A DNA stretch of 64,000 nucleotides from Candidatus Spongiisociaceae bacterium (lineage in GTDB: Bacteria > Actinomycetota > Acidimicrobiia > Spongiisociales > Spongiisociaceae). A program made the translations under genes and the position numbers. Below are positions 1 to 9,592 of the stretch, one piece after another (the stretch's first letter is position 1; the number at the start of each line of letters is the position of its first letter). The notes below the pieces were generated by a model, which was not told the origin of the DNA, made no database searches, and was given only the letters and a program-made list of their open reading frames with translations. Location of the stretch: NCBI GenBank assembly GCA_965202665.1, contig OZ241841.1, forward strand, positions 896,001 through 960,000. Direction: 5' to 3'.

Positions 1-265
1 CCTCGGTCAGAGTGCGGCGAAAGGCGGGCATGCGGCCGATGCCGCTGGAAATCGCCTGCGTAAAATAGGTTTCGGGGCGGCCCACCGAGTCGGCCCCCTC
101 CCCCGCTAGGGGAGGCCCCTGTCCCCCCAGCAGGTCATCGCCGTGGCAACGGGCGCACACCGCCCGGTATATTTCCGGCCCGTCGGCGTCCACCGGAACC
201 CCCCCTCCCCCGCAGGCGGCCAACGTCAGAACCGCGGTTGCGACGGCGGCCGCCGCCATTCTCAT
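1..265 (-). CDS. Cytochrome c lipoprotein (partial, runs off the left edge)
   Basis: Manual translation: MRMAAAAVATAVLTLAAC (lipobox), CARCH haem motif, distal GRMPAF methionine ligand. Not in the ORF track. Confidence 0.85.
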   Translation of the reverse strand, partial: MRMAAAAVATAVLTLAACGGGGVPVDADGPEIYRAVCARCHGDDLLGGQGPPLAGEGADSVGRPETYFTQAISSGIGRMPAFRRTLTE

Positions 266-448
266 CCCCTTGGGACCCGCCACCTCACCTGCCTTTCCGG
301 TGGGGACAACTTTAGCATGGGGCGCAAATTTTATTCTCCTCCGTTCAGAATGGTAAAGTAGGGCAAAGGAAAGTTGTCGGCAGTCGGGTCGCCCGTCGCC
401 GCTCCGGGCAGGGCGCGGCCGACCGCCCTTACTAAGGAGATGGGGCGC

Positions 449-3046
449 ATGACGCTTATTGACCGAAGAACCGTCCATTTCACTCTCAATGGACAAGAAG
501 TCTCGGTGCGCGACGACCATCCCCACCTGCTGGCCGCGTTGCGGGAAGAACTGGACATCACCTCCCCTAAAGACGGGTGCTCGCCGTCCGGCCAGTGCGG
601 ATGTTGCACGGTGTTGCTCAACGGCCGGGCGGCGATCAGTTGCGTGACCAGCCTGGAAAAAGCCGCGGGAGGCGAAGTGGTCACCCTGGAGGGTTTCGAC
701 CCGGCGGAACGGGACCGTTTGGCCTCCGCCTTCGCCGCCGCCGGGGCCCTGCAATGCGGATTCTGCACCCCCGGCATCTTGGTGCGCGCCAAAGCCCTGC
801 TGGACCGCAAAGGCTCCGCCCTCACCGGCCGGGGGGCCTGCGGACAGTTGGGGGCCCATCTGTGCCGCTGCACCGGCTACATCAAAATTTTCGACGCCAT
901 TGACATGTTGGCCGCCGGGGAAACCCCCTCTTTGGAAACGGCCGCCGGAATCGGCAAAACCGGCGTCAAATACGAGGGGGTGGAGTTGGCCTTGGGCGAA
1001 CGGGACTACATAGACGATATGAGGGTGGAGGGCCTTTTGCACGCCGCCCTGCGCCTCACCGACCACGCCCGGGCCGACGTGCTGTCCATCGACGTATCCG
1101 CCGCGTTGGAAACGGAGGGCGTAGAGGCCGTCTTCACCGCCGCCGACGTCCCCGGCGAGTTGCGGGTGGGGCTCATCCACCGGGACTGGCCGGTGTTCAT
1201 CCCGGAGGGGGGGCGCACCTCCTACTACGGGGACGTGCTGGCCGTGGTAGTGGCCGAAGACCGCCTCACTGCCCGCGCCGCCGCCGAAAAAGTGCAGGTG
1301 GAGTACCGCGTACTGGAGCCGTTCACCGACCCGGAGGTTGCAGTCGCCTCCGACGAAGACGCGGTGTGGGGCTTGGAGGGCAACGTCCTGTCCGTCTCCA
1401 AATACGCCCGGGGGGACTTTGCGTCCGCCTACCAGGCATCCGCCCATCAAGTACATGAAACCTTCATCACGCAACGGGTGGAACACGCCTTCTTGGAACC
1501 GGAATCCACCTTGGCCGTCCCCGACGAGGACGGAAACATGATGGTCTATTCGGGCGGGCAGGGGGTGTGGGACGACCGCGACCAGATCGCTTCCGTGCTG
1601 GGAGTGGACCCGTCCCGCATCACCGTGGAACTGGTTTCCAACGGGGGGGCCTTCGGCGGCAAGGAGGACATGGCCAACCAAGCCCAGACGGCCCTGGCCG
1701 CCCACCTGCTGGGCCGTCCGGTGAAATGCACCCTGTCCCGCGAGGAATCCCTGCGCATCCACACCAAGCGCCACCCCATCCGCATCGAAATGCAGGCCGG
1801 GTGCGACGCCGACGGCAAACTCACTTCGTTGAAGGCCCGCATGCTGGGCGACTCCGGGGCCTACGCCTCGGTGGGAATGAAAGTGCTGGAAAGGGCGGCC
1901 GGGCACGCCTCCGGCCCCTACGTGGTTCCCAACATCGACGTGGAGGCGGTGGCGGCCCGCACCAACAATCCGATCGGCGGGGCCTTCCGGGGGTTCGGGG
2001 CCAACCAGGCCCAGTTCGCCATGGAGGGGGTGATGGACCGGCTGGCCGAAAAAGCGGGGATCAGCGGCTGGGAGATGCGCAACCGCAACGCCATCGAGCC
2101 GGGGGTGGTTTGGGGGCCGGGCCAGGTGATGGACGACGGTTGCCGGGGGGTGCGGGAATGCCTGAACGCCGTCAAACCGCACTACGACCAAGCCCGGGCG
2201 GAGGGCAAGGCGGTGGGGGTGGGCTTGGGTCTGAAAAACAGCGGGTTGGGCAACGGTTTCAAAGAGACGGCCCGGGCGACGGTTCGCTTCAGCGACAACG
2301 GGGCCGCCCATCAGGTGGAGGTGCGGCACTGCTGGACGGAGATGGGCCAGGGCGTCCACACCGTGGCCCAGCAAGTGGCGGCCGAGGAACTGGGGGTGGA
2401 CCCGGCCCTGGTGAAAGTGGTGGTGGACACCACCCGGGAGTTGGGGGCCGGACAAACCACCGGTTCCCGGGGCACGCTGATGGGAGCGGGGGCCGTCCAA
2501 GACGCCTGCCGCAAAGCGAACGCCGACGGTCGCCGACCGGGCGTGGATTACTACGGCGAATACCGGGTGGACTGGACCAACTCCCTCAGCGAAGGGGTTC
2601 CCAACCCGGTCATCCACTCCGCCTTCGGCTACGCCGCCCAACTGGTGATCGCCGACCCGCAAACCGGCAAGATAGAAAAAGTGATCGCCGCCCACGATGT
2701 GGGGCGGGCCGTCCACCCGGCGCTGTGCGAAGGCCAAATTGAGGGGTCGGTGCATATGGGGCTGGGATACGCCCTCACCGAGGATTTCCCCGCCGACGAA
2801 CAGTCCCGGCCCACCAATATGACCCTGCGCAGCCTGGGCATCATCCGCCCCAAGGATATGCCGGAGGTGGAGGTGATTCTGGTGGAGGTTCCCCAGCCCC
2901 GCGCCCCCTACGGAATCAAAGGGGTGGGGGAAATCGGCTTGGTGCCCACCGCCGGCGCGGTGGCCGCCGCCCTGTACGAAGTGGACGGACGGCGGCGCAA
3001 CCGCCTGCCGATGTCGGTGAATCCGCCGGCGGCGGCGGGCCCCTGA
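449..3046 (+). CDS. Xanthine dehydrogenase-like molybdenum hydroxylase, fused [2Fe-2S] + Mo-binding domains (selenium-dependent Xdh/XdhD-like)
   Basis: GCSPSGQCGCCT, QCGFCTPG and CRCTGY Fe-S motifs; GGAFGGK, AFRGFG, TEMGQG and KGVGE Moco motifs. ATG at 449 follows AAGGAG. Confidence 0.9.
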   Translation: MTLIDRRTVHFTLNGQEVSVRDDHPHLLAALREELDITSPKDGCSPSGQCGCCTVLLNGRAAISCVTSLEKAAGGEVVTLEGFDPAERDRLASAFAAAGALQCGFCTPGILVRAKALLDRKGSALTGRGACGQLGAHLCRCTGYIKIFDAIDMLAAGETPSLETAAGIGKTGVKYEGVELALGERDYIDDMRVEGLLHAALRLTDHARADVLSIDVSAALETEGVEAVFTAADVPGELRVGLIHRDWPVFIPEGGRTSYYGDVLAVVVAEDRLTARAAAEKVQVEYRVLEPFTDPEVAVASDEDAVWGLEGNVLSVSKYARGDFASAYQASAHQVHETFITQRVEHAFLEPESTLAVPDEDGNMMVYSGGQGVWDDRDQIASVLGVDPSRITVELVSNGGAFGGKEDMANQAQTALAAHLLGRPVKCTLSREESLRIHTKRHPIRIEMQAGCDADGKLTSLKARMLGDSGAYASVGMKVLERAAGHASGPYVVPNIDVEAVAARTNNPIGGAFRGFGANQAQFAMEGVMDRLAEKAGISGWEMRNRNAIEPGVVWGPGQVMDDGCRGVRECLNAVKPHYDQARAEGKAVGVGLGLKNSGLGNGFKETARATVRFSDNGAAHQVEVRHCWTEMGQGVHTVAQQVAAEELGVDPALVKVVVDTTRELGAGQTTGSRGTLMGAGAVQDACRKANADGRRPGVDYYGEYRVDWTNSLSEGVPNPVIHSAFGYAAQLVIADPQTGKIEKVIAAHDVGRAVHPALCEGQIEGSVHMGLGYALTEDFPADEQSRPTNMTLRSLGIIRPKDMPEVEVILVEVPQPRAPYGIKGVGEIGLVPTAGAVAAALYEVDGRRRNRLPMSVNPPAAAGP

Positions 3047-3052
3047 AACCGG

Positions 3053-4078
3053 GTGTCGGCGCCCGTCACCCCCGGACTGGTCTGCGCCCACCATCATCTC
3101 TATTCCGCCCTGGCCCGGGGAATGCCGCCCCCGCCCCGCACCCCGTCCAACTTCCGGGAGATACTGGAGCAGATCTGGTGGCGCCTGGACGCGGCCCTGG
3201 ACTTGGAAATGATCTACCATTCGGCCCGGCTGGGGGCGCTGGAAGCTTTGGAAGCGGGAACCACCGGCATCGTCGACCACCACGAATCCCCCAACGCCAT
3301 CGAAGGTTCCCTGTCCGCTATTCGGGAGGCGTGCGCCGAAGTGGGAGTGCGGGTGCTCGCCTGCTACGGGGTTACCGACCGGCACGGCCCGGACGGGGCC
3401 CGCCGCGGTTTGGAGGAAAACCGCCGTTACCTGTCGGAGGGCGGGCCGGGGATGGTGGGGGCGCACGCCGCCTTCACCTGCTCCGACGATACCTTGCGAG
3501 GAGCGGCCGAGTTGGCCGAAGAGATGGGGCGCGGGGTGCACATCCACGTCGCGGAAGGCCCGGAGGATCGGGACGCCCCGGCCCGGCTGGAGGGCCTCAC
3601 CGGGGACTCGTGGCTGCTGGCGCACTGCGTCCATCTGCCCACCGGCCACCAATTGGCGGGAACCGTCCTGCACAACCCCCGTTCCAACCTGAACAACGCG
3701 GTGGGCTACGCCGACCCGGCCCGTTTCGCCAATCCGGTGGCTTTGGGCACCGACGGAATCGGGGCCAACATGATTGAATCCTTCCGGCTGGCCTACGTTA
3801 TGCACCGGTCAACGGACGTGACCGCCTCCCCGGAGACGGCCTGGGAATGGCTGTCCAACGGCTGGGAGCTAATGCCGGAATGCCGCACCGACCGGGTGAC
3901 GTGGAACTACGACCCGCCCGACCCGTGGCACATCGCCTTCACGGCCGGCGTGGCCCCGGTGAAAGTGGAAGTGGACGGCGAGACGGTGTTCCGAGACGGA
4001 GTCCCCACCCGGGTGGACGCCGCCGAAATACGGGCCAAAGCCCGGGAGCAGGCCGCCCGCCTGCACGCCCGGTTGTAG
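3053..4078 (+). CDS. Metal-dependent amidohydrolase, SsnA-like
   Basis: PGLVCAHHHLYS, HIHVAEG and LGTDG motifs; operonic with the Mo-hydroxylase. Confidence 0.85.
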   Translation: MSAPVTPGLVCAHHHLYSALARGMPPPPRTPSNFREILEQIWWRLDAALDLEMIYHSARLGALEALEAGTTGIVDHHESPNAIEGSLSAIREACAEVGVRVLACYGVTDRHGPDGARRGLEENRRYLSEGGPGMVGAHAAFTCSDDTLRGAAELAEEMGRGVHIHVAEGPEDRDAPARLEGLTGDSWLLAHCVHLPTGHQLAGTVLHNPRSNLNNAVGYADPARFANPVALGTDGIGANMIESFRLAYVMHRSTDVTASPETAWEWLSNGWELMPECRTDRVTWNYDPPDPWHIAFTAGVAPVKVEVDGETVFRDGVPTRVDAAEIRAKAREQAARLHARL

Positions 4079-4098
4079 GACGGGAGGCGGGGAAGGCA

Positions 4099-5925
4099 AT
4101 GACGGAAGCCGCCCTTATCGATTCCCCCCCGGCGGAGGACCATCCCCCGCTGACCCCGTTTTCGCTGAAAGACCTGCTGGACCGCATCTCCCACGAATGG
4201 GACACCCGTCGCCGTATTTTCGACCTGCCCATCGCCCGTTTTTTCAACGTTTCCGACGGCCCCGACCTGTCCATCGATTTCATAGGCCGTCCGGCCGCCA
4301 CCCCGGTCGGCCCGGCCGCCGGCCCGCACAGCCAAATGGCCCAGAACATCGTCCTGTCCTGGCTGGGCGGAGGACGGGTGATGGAGCTGAAAACGGTGCA
4401 GATCCTGGACGAGTTGGTCATCAACCGGCCGTGCATCGACATGCAGACCATCGGCTACAACATCGAGTGGAGCCAGGAGTTGAAAATCCCCCAGTCGTTG
4501 GAGGAATACGTCAAAGGGTGGATGTTGCTGGAAATTCTGAGTCGCTGGGAGCCGCTCCGCCCCTACCTGGGCCCCGACCCCGGCCCGCACATTTTCGACC
4601 TGTCGGTGGGCTACGACCTAGCGGGCATTTCCACCCCGCAGGTGGCCTGGTTCATCGACTCCATGATGGACGCCGCGGCGGAAATAGAACGGTTGCGGCC
4701 GGAAGTGGGAGGGGAGTTCGCCCCGTTTCGGGATTTGGATTTCCCGTCCCGCATCGCCGACACCGTCACCCTCTCCACCTTCCACGGCTGCCCCCCGGAC
4801 GAGATCGAGTCCATAACCAAGCATCTCATCACCCGCCACGGTTTGGACGTGATCGTGAAACTCAACCCGACCCTGCTCGGCTTGGAGCGGGTAAGCGAAA
4901 TCGTGCATGAAAATTTGGGGTATGAGTCGGTAAAGTTGCGCCGCTCCGACTTCGACAACGACCTGCAGTTTCCCCGGGCCTTGGAGTTGATCGGCGAGTT
5001 GGAGGAGTTCGCCCGCGCCCGCAACCGGCGGTTCGGCGTCAAACTTACCAACACGCTGGTGGTGGAAAACACCAAAGGGTTCATGCCGGACGAGACCATG
5101 TACCTGTCCGGCCCGCCCCTGCATGTGGTTTCCACCGCCCTTTTGGGGGAGTTGCACCGGGCGTTGCCCGGCAAACTGAAAGTGGACGGCGGGGAGGGGG
5201 ACATCCAAGTGTCGTTCTCGGCGGGAATCACCAAAGAGAACCTGCCGGAGGCGGCCGGGCTGGGGCTGGCCCCCATCACCATCTGCTCCGATCTGCTTAA
5301 ACCGGGCGGCTACGGGCGGCTGGCCCCCATGCTGAAAAACTTGCGGACAAAAATGACGGAGGCGGGGGCGGGGTCGTTGTCGGAATGGCGGGCCCGCCGG
5401 AGGGAGGCGGCCGTCGCCGAAGGGCGCCCGGGGGCGGTGGCCGCCTACGTCGATTTCCTGCTGGATCCGTCCCGCAACCGCGCCTATGCCTTGGCCTCCA
5501 ACGAGAAACCGCCTCGAACGGTGGACCACCAGCTGGAAACGTGGGGGTGCGTGGCCTGCAACTTCTGCGTGACCGTATGCCCCAACGACGCCTTCTTCCG
5601 GTTGCCCACCCCCGACGACCTGAGCGAAGCGGGAATGACCGGCCGCCAGCAGTACCTGGTGCTGGCCGAACTGTGCAACGAATGCGGCAACTGCATGGTG
5701 TTCTGCCCGGAGGAGGGTGATCCGGCGGTGATCAAACCCCGCCTGTATCTGACGCGGGAGCGTTTCGCGGTGGAAACCGAACAGGCCTTTTTGGTGCACC
5801 GGGAAGCGGACGGCTACTGGGTGGAGCCCAACGCCGCCGGAGCCGGGGACACCGGGCAGTTGCTGAACATCCTCAACGCCGCCGAAGGCTTCATCCTCCC
5901 CTCCCTCCCCGACCCCGCCGAATAA
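4099..5925 (+). CDS. YgfK-like oxidoreductase (N-terminal barrel domain + C-terminal 2x[4Fe-4S]), shortened
   Basis: TPVGPAAGPHSQMAQNIV, TLSTFHGCPPDEIE, KLNPTLLG and KPGGY segments typical of the YgfK N-terminus; CVACNFCVTVCP and CNECGNCMVFCP clusters. Confidence 0.8.
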   Translation: MTEAALIDSPPAEDHPPLTPFSLKDLLDRISHEWDTRRRIFDLPIARFFNVSDGPDLSIDFIGRPAATPVGPAAGPHSQMAQNIVLSWLGGGRVMELKTVQILDELVINRPCIDMQTIGYNIEWSQELKIPQSLEEYVKGWMLLEILSRWEPLRPYLGPDPGPHIFDLSVGYDLAGISTPQVAWFIDSMMDAAAEIERLRPEVGGEFAPFRDLDFPSRIADTVTLSTFHGCPPDEIESITKHLITRHGLDVIVKLNPTLLGLERVSEIVHENLGYESVKLRRSDFDNDLQFPRALELIGELEEFARARNRRFGVKLTNTLVVENTKGFMPDETMYLSGPPLHVVSTALLGELHRALPGKLKVDGGEGDIQVSFSAGITKENLPEAAGLGLAPITICSDLLKPGGYGRLAPMLKNLRTKMTEAGAGSLSEWRARRREAAVAEGRPGAVAAYVDFLLDPSRNRAYALASNEKPPRTVDHQLETWGCVACNFCVTVCPNDAFFRLPTPDDLSEAGMTGRQQYLVLAELCNECGNCMVFCPEEGDPAVIKPRLYLTRERFAVETEQAFLVHREADGYWVEPNAAGAGDTGQLLNILNAAEGFILPSLPDPAE

Positions 5926-5961
5926 ACGCAGGAGGGCTCCCCGCCGCCTAAAGTGTCGGAT

Positions 5962-6396
5962 ATGAGCGACCCCGTCGTCTACGACCGCAAAATCAGATTC
6001 TCCGACAGCGACGCCCAAGGCATCGTCCACAACGCGGCCTACCTGGTCTACTGGGACGACGCTTTCACCGACTACATGGAAACCATCGGTTGCTCTTGGA
6101 AGCGAATGATCGCCGCCGGAGACGACGTGGTGCTGGCCCGGACCGAAATCGACTACCGAAGCTCGGCCGCCATCGGCGACACGGCCCGCACCGCGGTAAA
6201 TGTAACCCGCATCGGGAACTCCTCCATAACCTTCCGTTACCAGACCGTCGACGTCGCCACCGGCCGAACCCTGGTGGAAGGTTCCCAAATTCAGGTCATC
6301 GTCGATCACCGCACCTTCCAACCCAAACCGGTCCCCGACTACATACGGGAGCTGATTTCCGCCCAGGAAGGGCCGGATTTGGATGGAGGACGATGA
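5962..6396 (+). CDS. Acyl-CoA thioesterase (hotdog fold, YbgC/FcbC-like)
   Basis: RFSDSDAQGIVHNAAY motif. Confidence 0.9.
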   Translation: MSDPVVYDRKIRFSDSDAQGIVHNAAYLVYWDDAFTDYMETIGCSWKRMIAAGDDVVLARTEIDYRSSAAIGDTARTAVNVTRIGNSSITFRYQTVDVATGRTLVEGSQIQVIVDHRTFQPKPVPDYIRELISAQEGPDLDGGR

Positions 6397-7553
6397 CCAA
6401 CCCTTGGGTGGCCGACACCCCCGCCTCGCCCATATCCCAGGTTCGGGACTGGATGGCGGGGCGGACGGAGGGGGGACGGCAACCGCTGATCGACGTGTCG
6501 CAGGCCGCCCCCGGATACCCGCCCGCGCCCCAACTGCGGGAACACCTGGCGTCGCTGGATTGGACCGGGGCGGCCCGCTACGGGCCGGTGCTGGGCCAAC
6601 CCGAATTGCGGGCCGCCCTGGCCGACGACATTTCCGCCGTTTACCGGGCCCCGGTCCGCCCCGAACAGACGGCCGTCACCGCCGGGGCCAACCAGGCTTT
6701 CTGCCTGGCGGTGAACGTGCTGTGCCGGGCCGGGGAGCAGGTCATCCTGCCCCTCCCCTACTACTTCAACCACGACATGTGGTTGCGCATCGGCGGCGTG
6801 GAACCGGTTTACCTGCCCGCCGGGGACGACATGATCCCGAACGCGGAGCGGGCGGCGGAGCTGGTCACCGACCGCACCCGGGCCGTCGTTCTGGTAACCC
6901 CCAACAATCCCACCGGCCGGGTGTATCCGCCGCAGGTGATACACGACTTCGCCCGGCTGGCCTACAACCGGGGGTTTCATCTGATCCTGGACGAAACCTA
7001 TCGGGACTTCCGAGAGGAGACCGGGCCGCCCCACCATCTTTTCACCGTTCCGGAGTGGGAAGGTTTTCTGGTTCACATCCACAGTTTCTCCAAAGTGTTC
7101 GCCATCACCGGGTTGCGGGTGGGGGGGCTGGCGGCCCGCCCCGGCCTGTTGGCCGAAGTCAACAAAGTGGCCGACTGCCTGACCATCTGCCCCAACCGGA
7201 TCGGACAGGAAGCCGCCCTCTACGGCCTGCGCCATCTGGGGGAGTGGGTGGAGGACAACCGGCGGAAGATGACGGAACGTTTGGAAAAGTTCACCGCCGC
7301 CGTCTCCTCCGGGCCGTACCGGACCGCCTCCGCCGGCGCTTACTTCGCCTACCTGCGCCATCCGCACGGAGAGGAAGCGGAGGGGGGCGCCACCGGCGCG
7401 GCCCGGCGCCTGTTCGACGACCATTCGGTTCTGGCCCTGGGCGGGGACATGTTCGGGCCGGGCCAGAACTCCTACCTGCGCTTGGCCTTCGGCAACCTAG
7501 ACGACCAAGACATCCCAGAGTTGGCCCGCCGCTTACGGCAAAGCGCCCTCTGA
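6393..7553 (+). CDS. PLP-dependent aminotransferase class I/II
   Basis: VTPNNPTG, LDETY and SFSK...GLRVG motifs; ATGA overlap with the upstream gene. Confidence 0.9.
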   Translation: MTNPWVADTPASPISQVRDWMAGRTEGGRQPLIDVSQAAPGYPPAPQLREHLASLDWTGAARYGPVLGQPELRAALADDISAVYRAPVRPEQTAVTAGANQAFCLAVNVLCRAGEQVILPLPYYFNHDMWLRIGGVEPVYLPAGDDMIPNAERAAELVTDRTRAVVLVTPNNPTGRVYPPQVIHDFARLAYNRGFHLILDETYRDFREETGPPHHLFTVPEWEGFLVHIHSFSKVFAITGLRVGGLAARPGLLAEVNKVADCLTICPNRIGQEAALYGLRHLGEWVEDNRRKMTERLEKFTAAVSSGPYRTASAGAYFAYLRHPHGEEAEGGATGAARRLFDDHSVLALGGDMFGPGQNSYLRLAFGNLDDQDIPELARRLRQSAL

Positions 7554-7708
7554 AGCCGGATAGCGGACGCTTTCCCCACCCCTAATTCGCAACTTGCGAG
7601 AACGCGAAAAAAGACCCTTGAAAACTTTCTGAAAATTGGGCATATTAGTCACAGCGTCCTTATACGGGCCCGTCAACGCCGAACGTCCGGAAACGGAGGT
7701 GGACTATA

Positions 7709-8188
7709 ATGACCGCTGTGGAAATCGTAATTTTCATCGTCTTGGGCGGCATGCTCTTTCCCATGCTCGCCTTCGTGGCGATGATCGCCTGGCGTACCAG
7801 CACCGCCGTGGCGCAAGTCGTCGGCGTGCTGGAGGGGTACAAAGCCATGTTCGAGGCGATCGGCGACCGCTTCGCCGCCCTCTACGACAGACTCGACGCC
7901 TACAACACCAACAACGAAACCCTGTTTATCACTTTGCGCACCGAATTCAACACCCGGATGGACAAATTGGACGAACGGGTGGGCCTGCTGGAGAAGGACA
8001 TGGCGGAGGTCAAGGCGGATGTGTCCGTGCTCAAGACCAACATGGGCCTGCTCCGAGAAGAAGTCACGCTCATCAAAGCCAACATGGAAACCCAACAACA
8101 AGACATCACCCTCATCAAAGCCAACATGGAAACCCAACAACGGGATATGACGCTCATCAAGGAACATCTTTTGGGCGAAGCCGACTGA
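7709..8188 (+). CDS. Membrane-anchored coiled-coil protein of unknown function
   Basis: GGAGG RBS, hydrophobic N-terminal helix, heptad-repeat C-terminus; TTGAAA-17-CATATT promoter-like sequence upstream. Confidence 0.75.
   Translation: MTAVEIVIFIVLGGMLFPMLAFVAMIAWRTSTAVAQVVGVLEGYKAMFEAIGDRFAALYDRLDAYNTNNETLFITLRTEFNTRMDKLDERVGLLEKDMAEVKADVSVLKTNMGLLREEVTLIKANMETQQQDITLIKANMETQQRDMTLIKEHLLGEAD
8064..8161 (+). repeat. 42-bp in-frame tandem repeat, about 2.3 copies
   Basis: TCACSCTCATCAAAGCCAACATGGAAACCCAACAAC at 8064 and 8106, partial copy at 8148; encodes a 14-aa unit (TLIKANMETQQxDx). Confidence 0.9.
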
Positions 8189-8229
8189 CCTCCGGCTACG
8201 CGACAGAGGATGAGATAGGCGGAACGGGC

Positions 8230-9156
8230 ATGGCGCGCACGCTGGTCATCGACACCGACACCGCCTCCGATGACGCGGTGGCGCTGATGATGGCCCTGCG
8301 CCGCCCCGGGGTGAGGGTGGAGGCGATCACCGTGACGGCGGGCAACGTTCCTTTGCGACAGGCGGTGCAGAACGCCTTGTTCATAACGGAGTTGTGCGGG
8401 GACGACGTCCCAGTGTACGCCGGGGCGGCCCAACCTTTGCTGCAACCGCTGACCACCGCCGTAAACGTGCACGGCGCCGACGGAATGGGGGACATCGGCC
8501 TGCCCCTTTCCGGCCGCCGCCCCGCCTCCGGGCGCGCCGTCGATGTCTTAGCGGAAACCTTCCTGGAGCGGCCGGGGGAGATCGACCTGGTGACCTTGGG
8601 GCCGCTCACCAACCTGGCCTTGGCCTTGGCCCGCCGCCCGGAACTGGCCACCGCCATCGGCCATTGTTACATAATGGGGGGAACCGGAACGGGAACCGGC
8701 AACGTCACTCCCTTGGCTGAATACAACTTCTGGGCCGACCCGGAAGCCGCCGCCATGGCAATGCGGGCTCCGATGCCCAAAACCCTCATCGGATGGGACA
8801 TTTCCGTAGCCTCGGCCGCTTTCAACGAGGAGCAGGCGGCGGAAATCCGCAACATCGGAACCCGATACGCCCGGATAGCCATCGACATCCAGGCAACGGT
8901 GAATGATTTTGCCATAACGCACACCCGCCTGGCCGGGTTCGACCTGCCCGACCCGATCGCCATGGCGGTGGCCTTGGACCCGAACATCGCCGTATCCGAA
9001 CACGTTCATGTTTCGGTCCTGACCGGCTCCGGCCCGGCCCGCGGCCTGCAAAACACCGACTGGCGGGGCCTGTCCGGAAAGGAGCCCAACGCCCGGGTGG
9101 TCACGCACGTGCCCCGGGAGGACTTCACAGCCGCCCTGCGAGCCGGGCTTTCCTAA
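8230..9156 (+). CDS. Nucleoside hydrolase (IUNH family)
   Basis: DTDTASDDA N-terminal motif, HGADGMG, LGPLTN and AEYNFWADPEAA. Confidence 0.92.
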   Translation: MARTLVIDTDTASDDAVALMMALRRPGVRVEAITVTAGNVPLRQAVQNALFITELCGDDVPVYAGAAQPLLQPLTTAVNVHGADGMGDIGLPLSGRRPASGRAVDVLAETFLERPGEIDLVTLGPLTNLALALARRPELATAIGHCYIMGGTGTGTGNVTPLAEYNFWADPEAAAMAMRAPMPKTLIGWDISVASAAFNEEQAAEIRNIGTRYARIAIDIQATVNDFAITHTRLAGFDLPDPIAMAVALDPNIAVSEHVHVSVLTGSGPARGLQNTDWRGLSGKEPNARVVTHVPREDFTAALRAGLS

Positions 9157-9536
9157 CCGGGGCCCCCGCCCAGGGCGAGGGCGAACACCACCGCCCATTC
9201 GTCGGTGTGGGTCACGGCCGCTTCCACCCGCTCCACCCCCAAAAGGGCGGCCCGGGCGGCGGCGGTTCCCGACAGGATGACGCGAGGCGGACCGCCGCCG
9301 GTGATTTCAATGTCGGTCCAGCGGATGGTCCGATACCCGGTTCCCAGGGATTTCATCACCGCTTCCTTCCCGGCGAACCGGGCCGCCAACCGGCGGGCGG
9401 GGCGGGCGAACCGAGCCGCGTATTCCCGCTCCCCGGCCGTGAAGCAACGGTCGGCGAAACGGGGATAGCGGGCCAGCAACCGCTCCACCCGCCCGATCTC
9501 CACCATGTCCGTCCCGATGCCGACGATGTTCCCCAT
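9153..9536 (-). CDS. acpS: Holo-[acyl-carrier-protein] synthase
   Basis: GIGTDMVE, ARFAGKEAVMKSLG and VTH motifs; follows glmS. Confidence 0.92.
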   Translation of the reverse strand: MGNIVGIGTDMVEIGRVERLLARYPRFADRCFTAGEREYAARFARPARRLAARFAGKEAVMKSLGTGYRTIRWTDIEITGGGPPRVILSGTAAARAALLGVERVEAAVTHTDEWAVVFALALGGGPG

Positions 9537-9592
9537 CGCCGGCCGCCCTCCCGGCGTATGGGCGAACCCAGGCGGCGGAGCGCCCACCCCGC

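Noticed and set aside
449-5925. Selenocysteine recoding in the Se-associated cluster
   Set aside because: There is no in-frame TGA in these ORFs; this enzyme class uses a labile Se cofactor instead.
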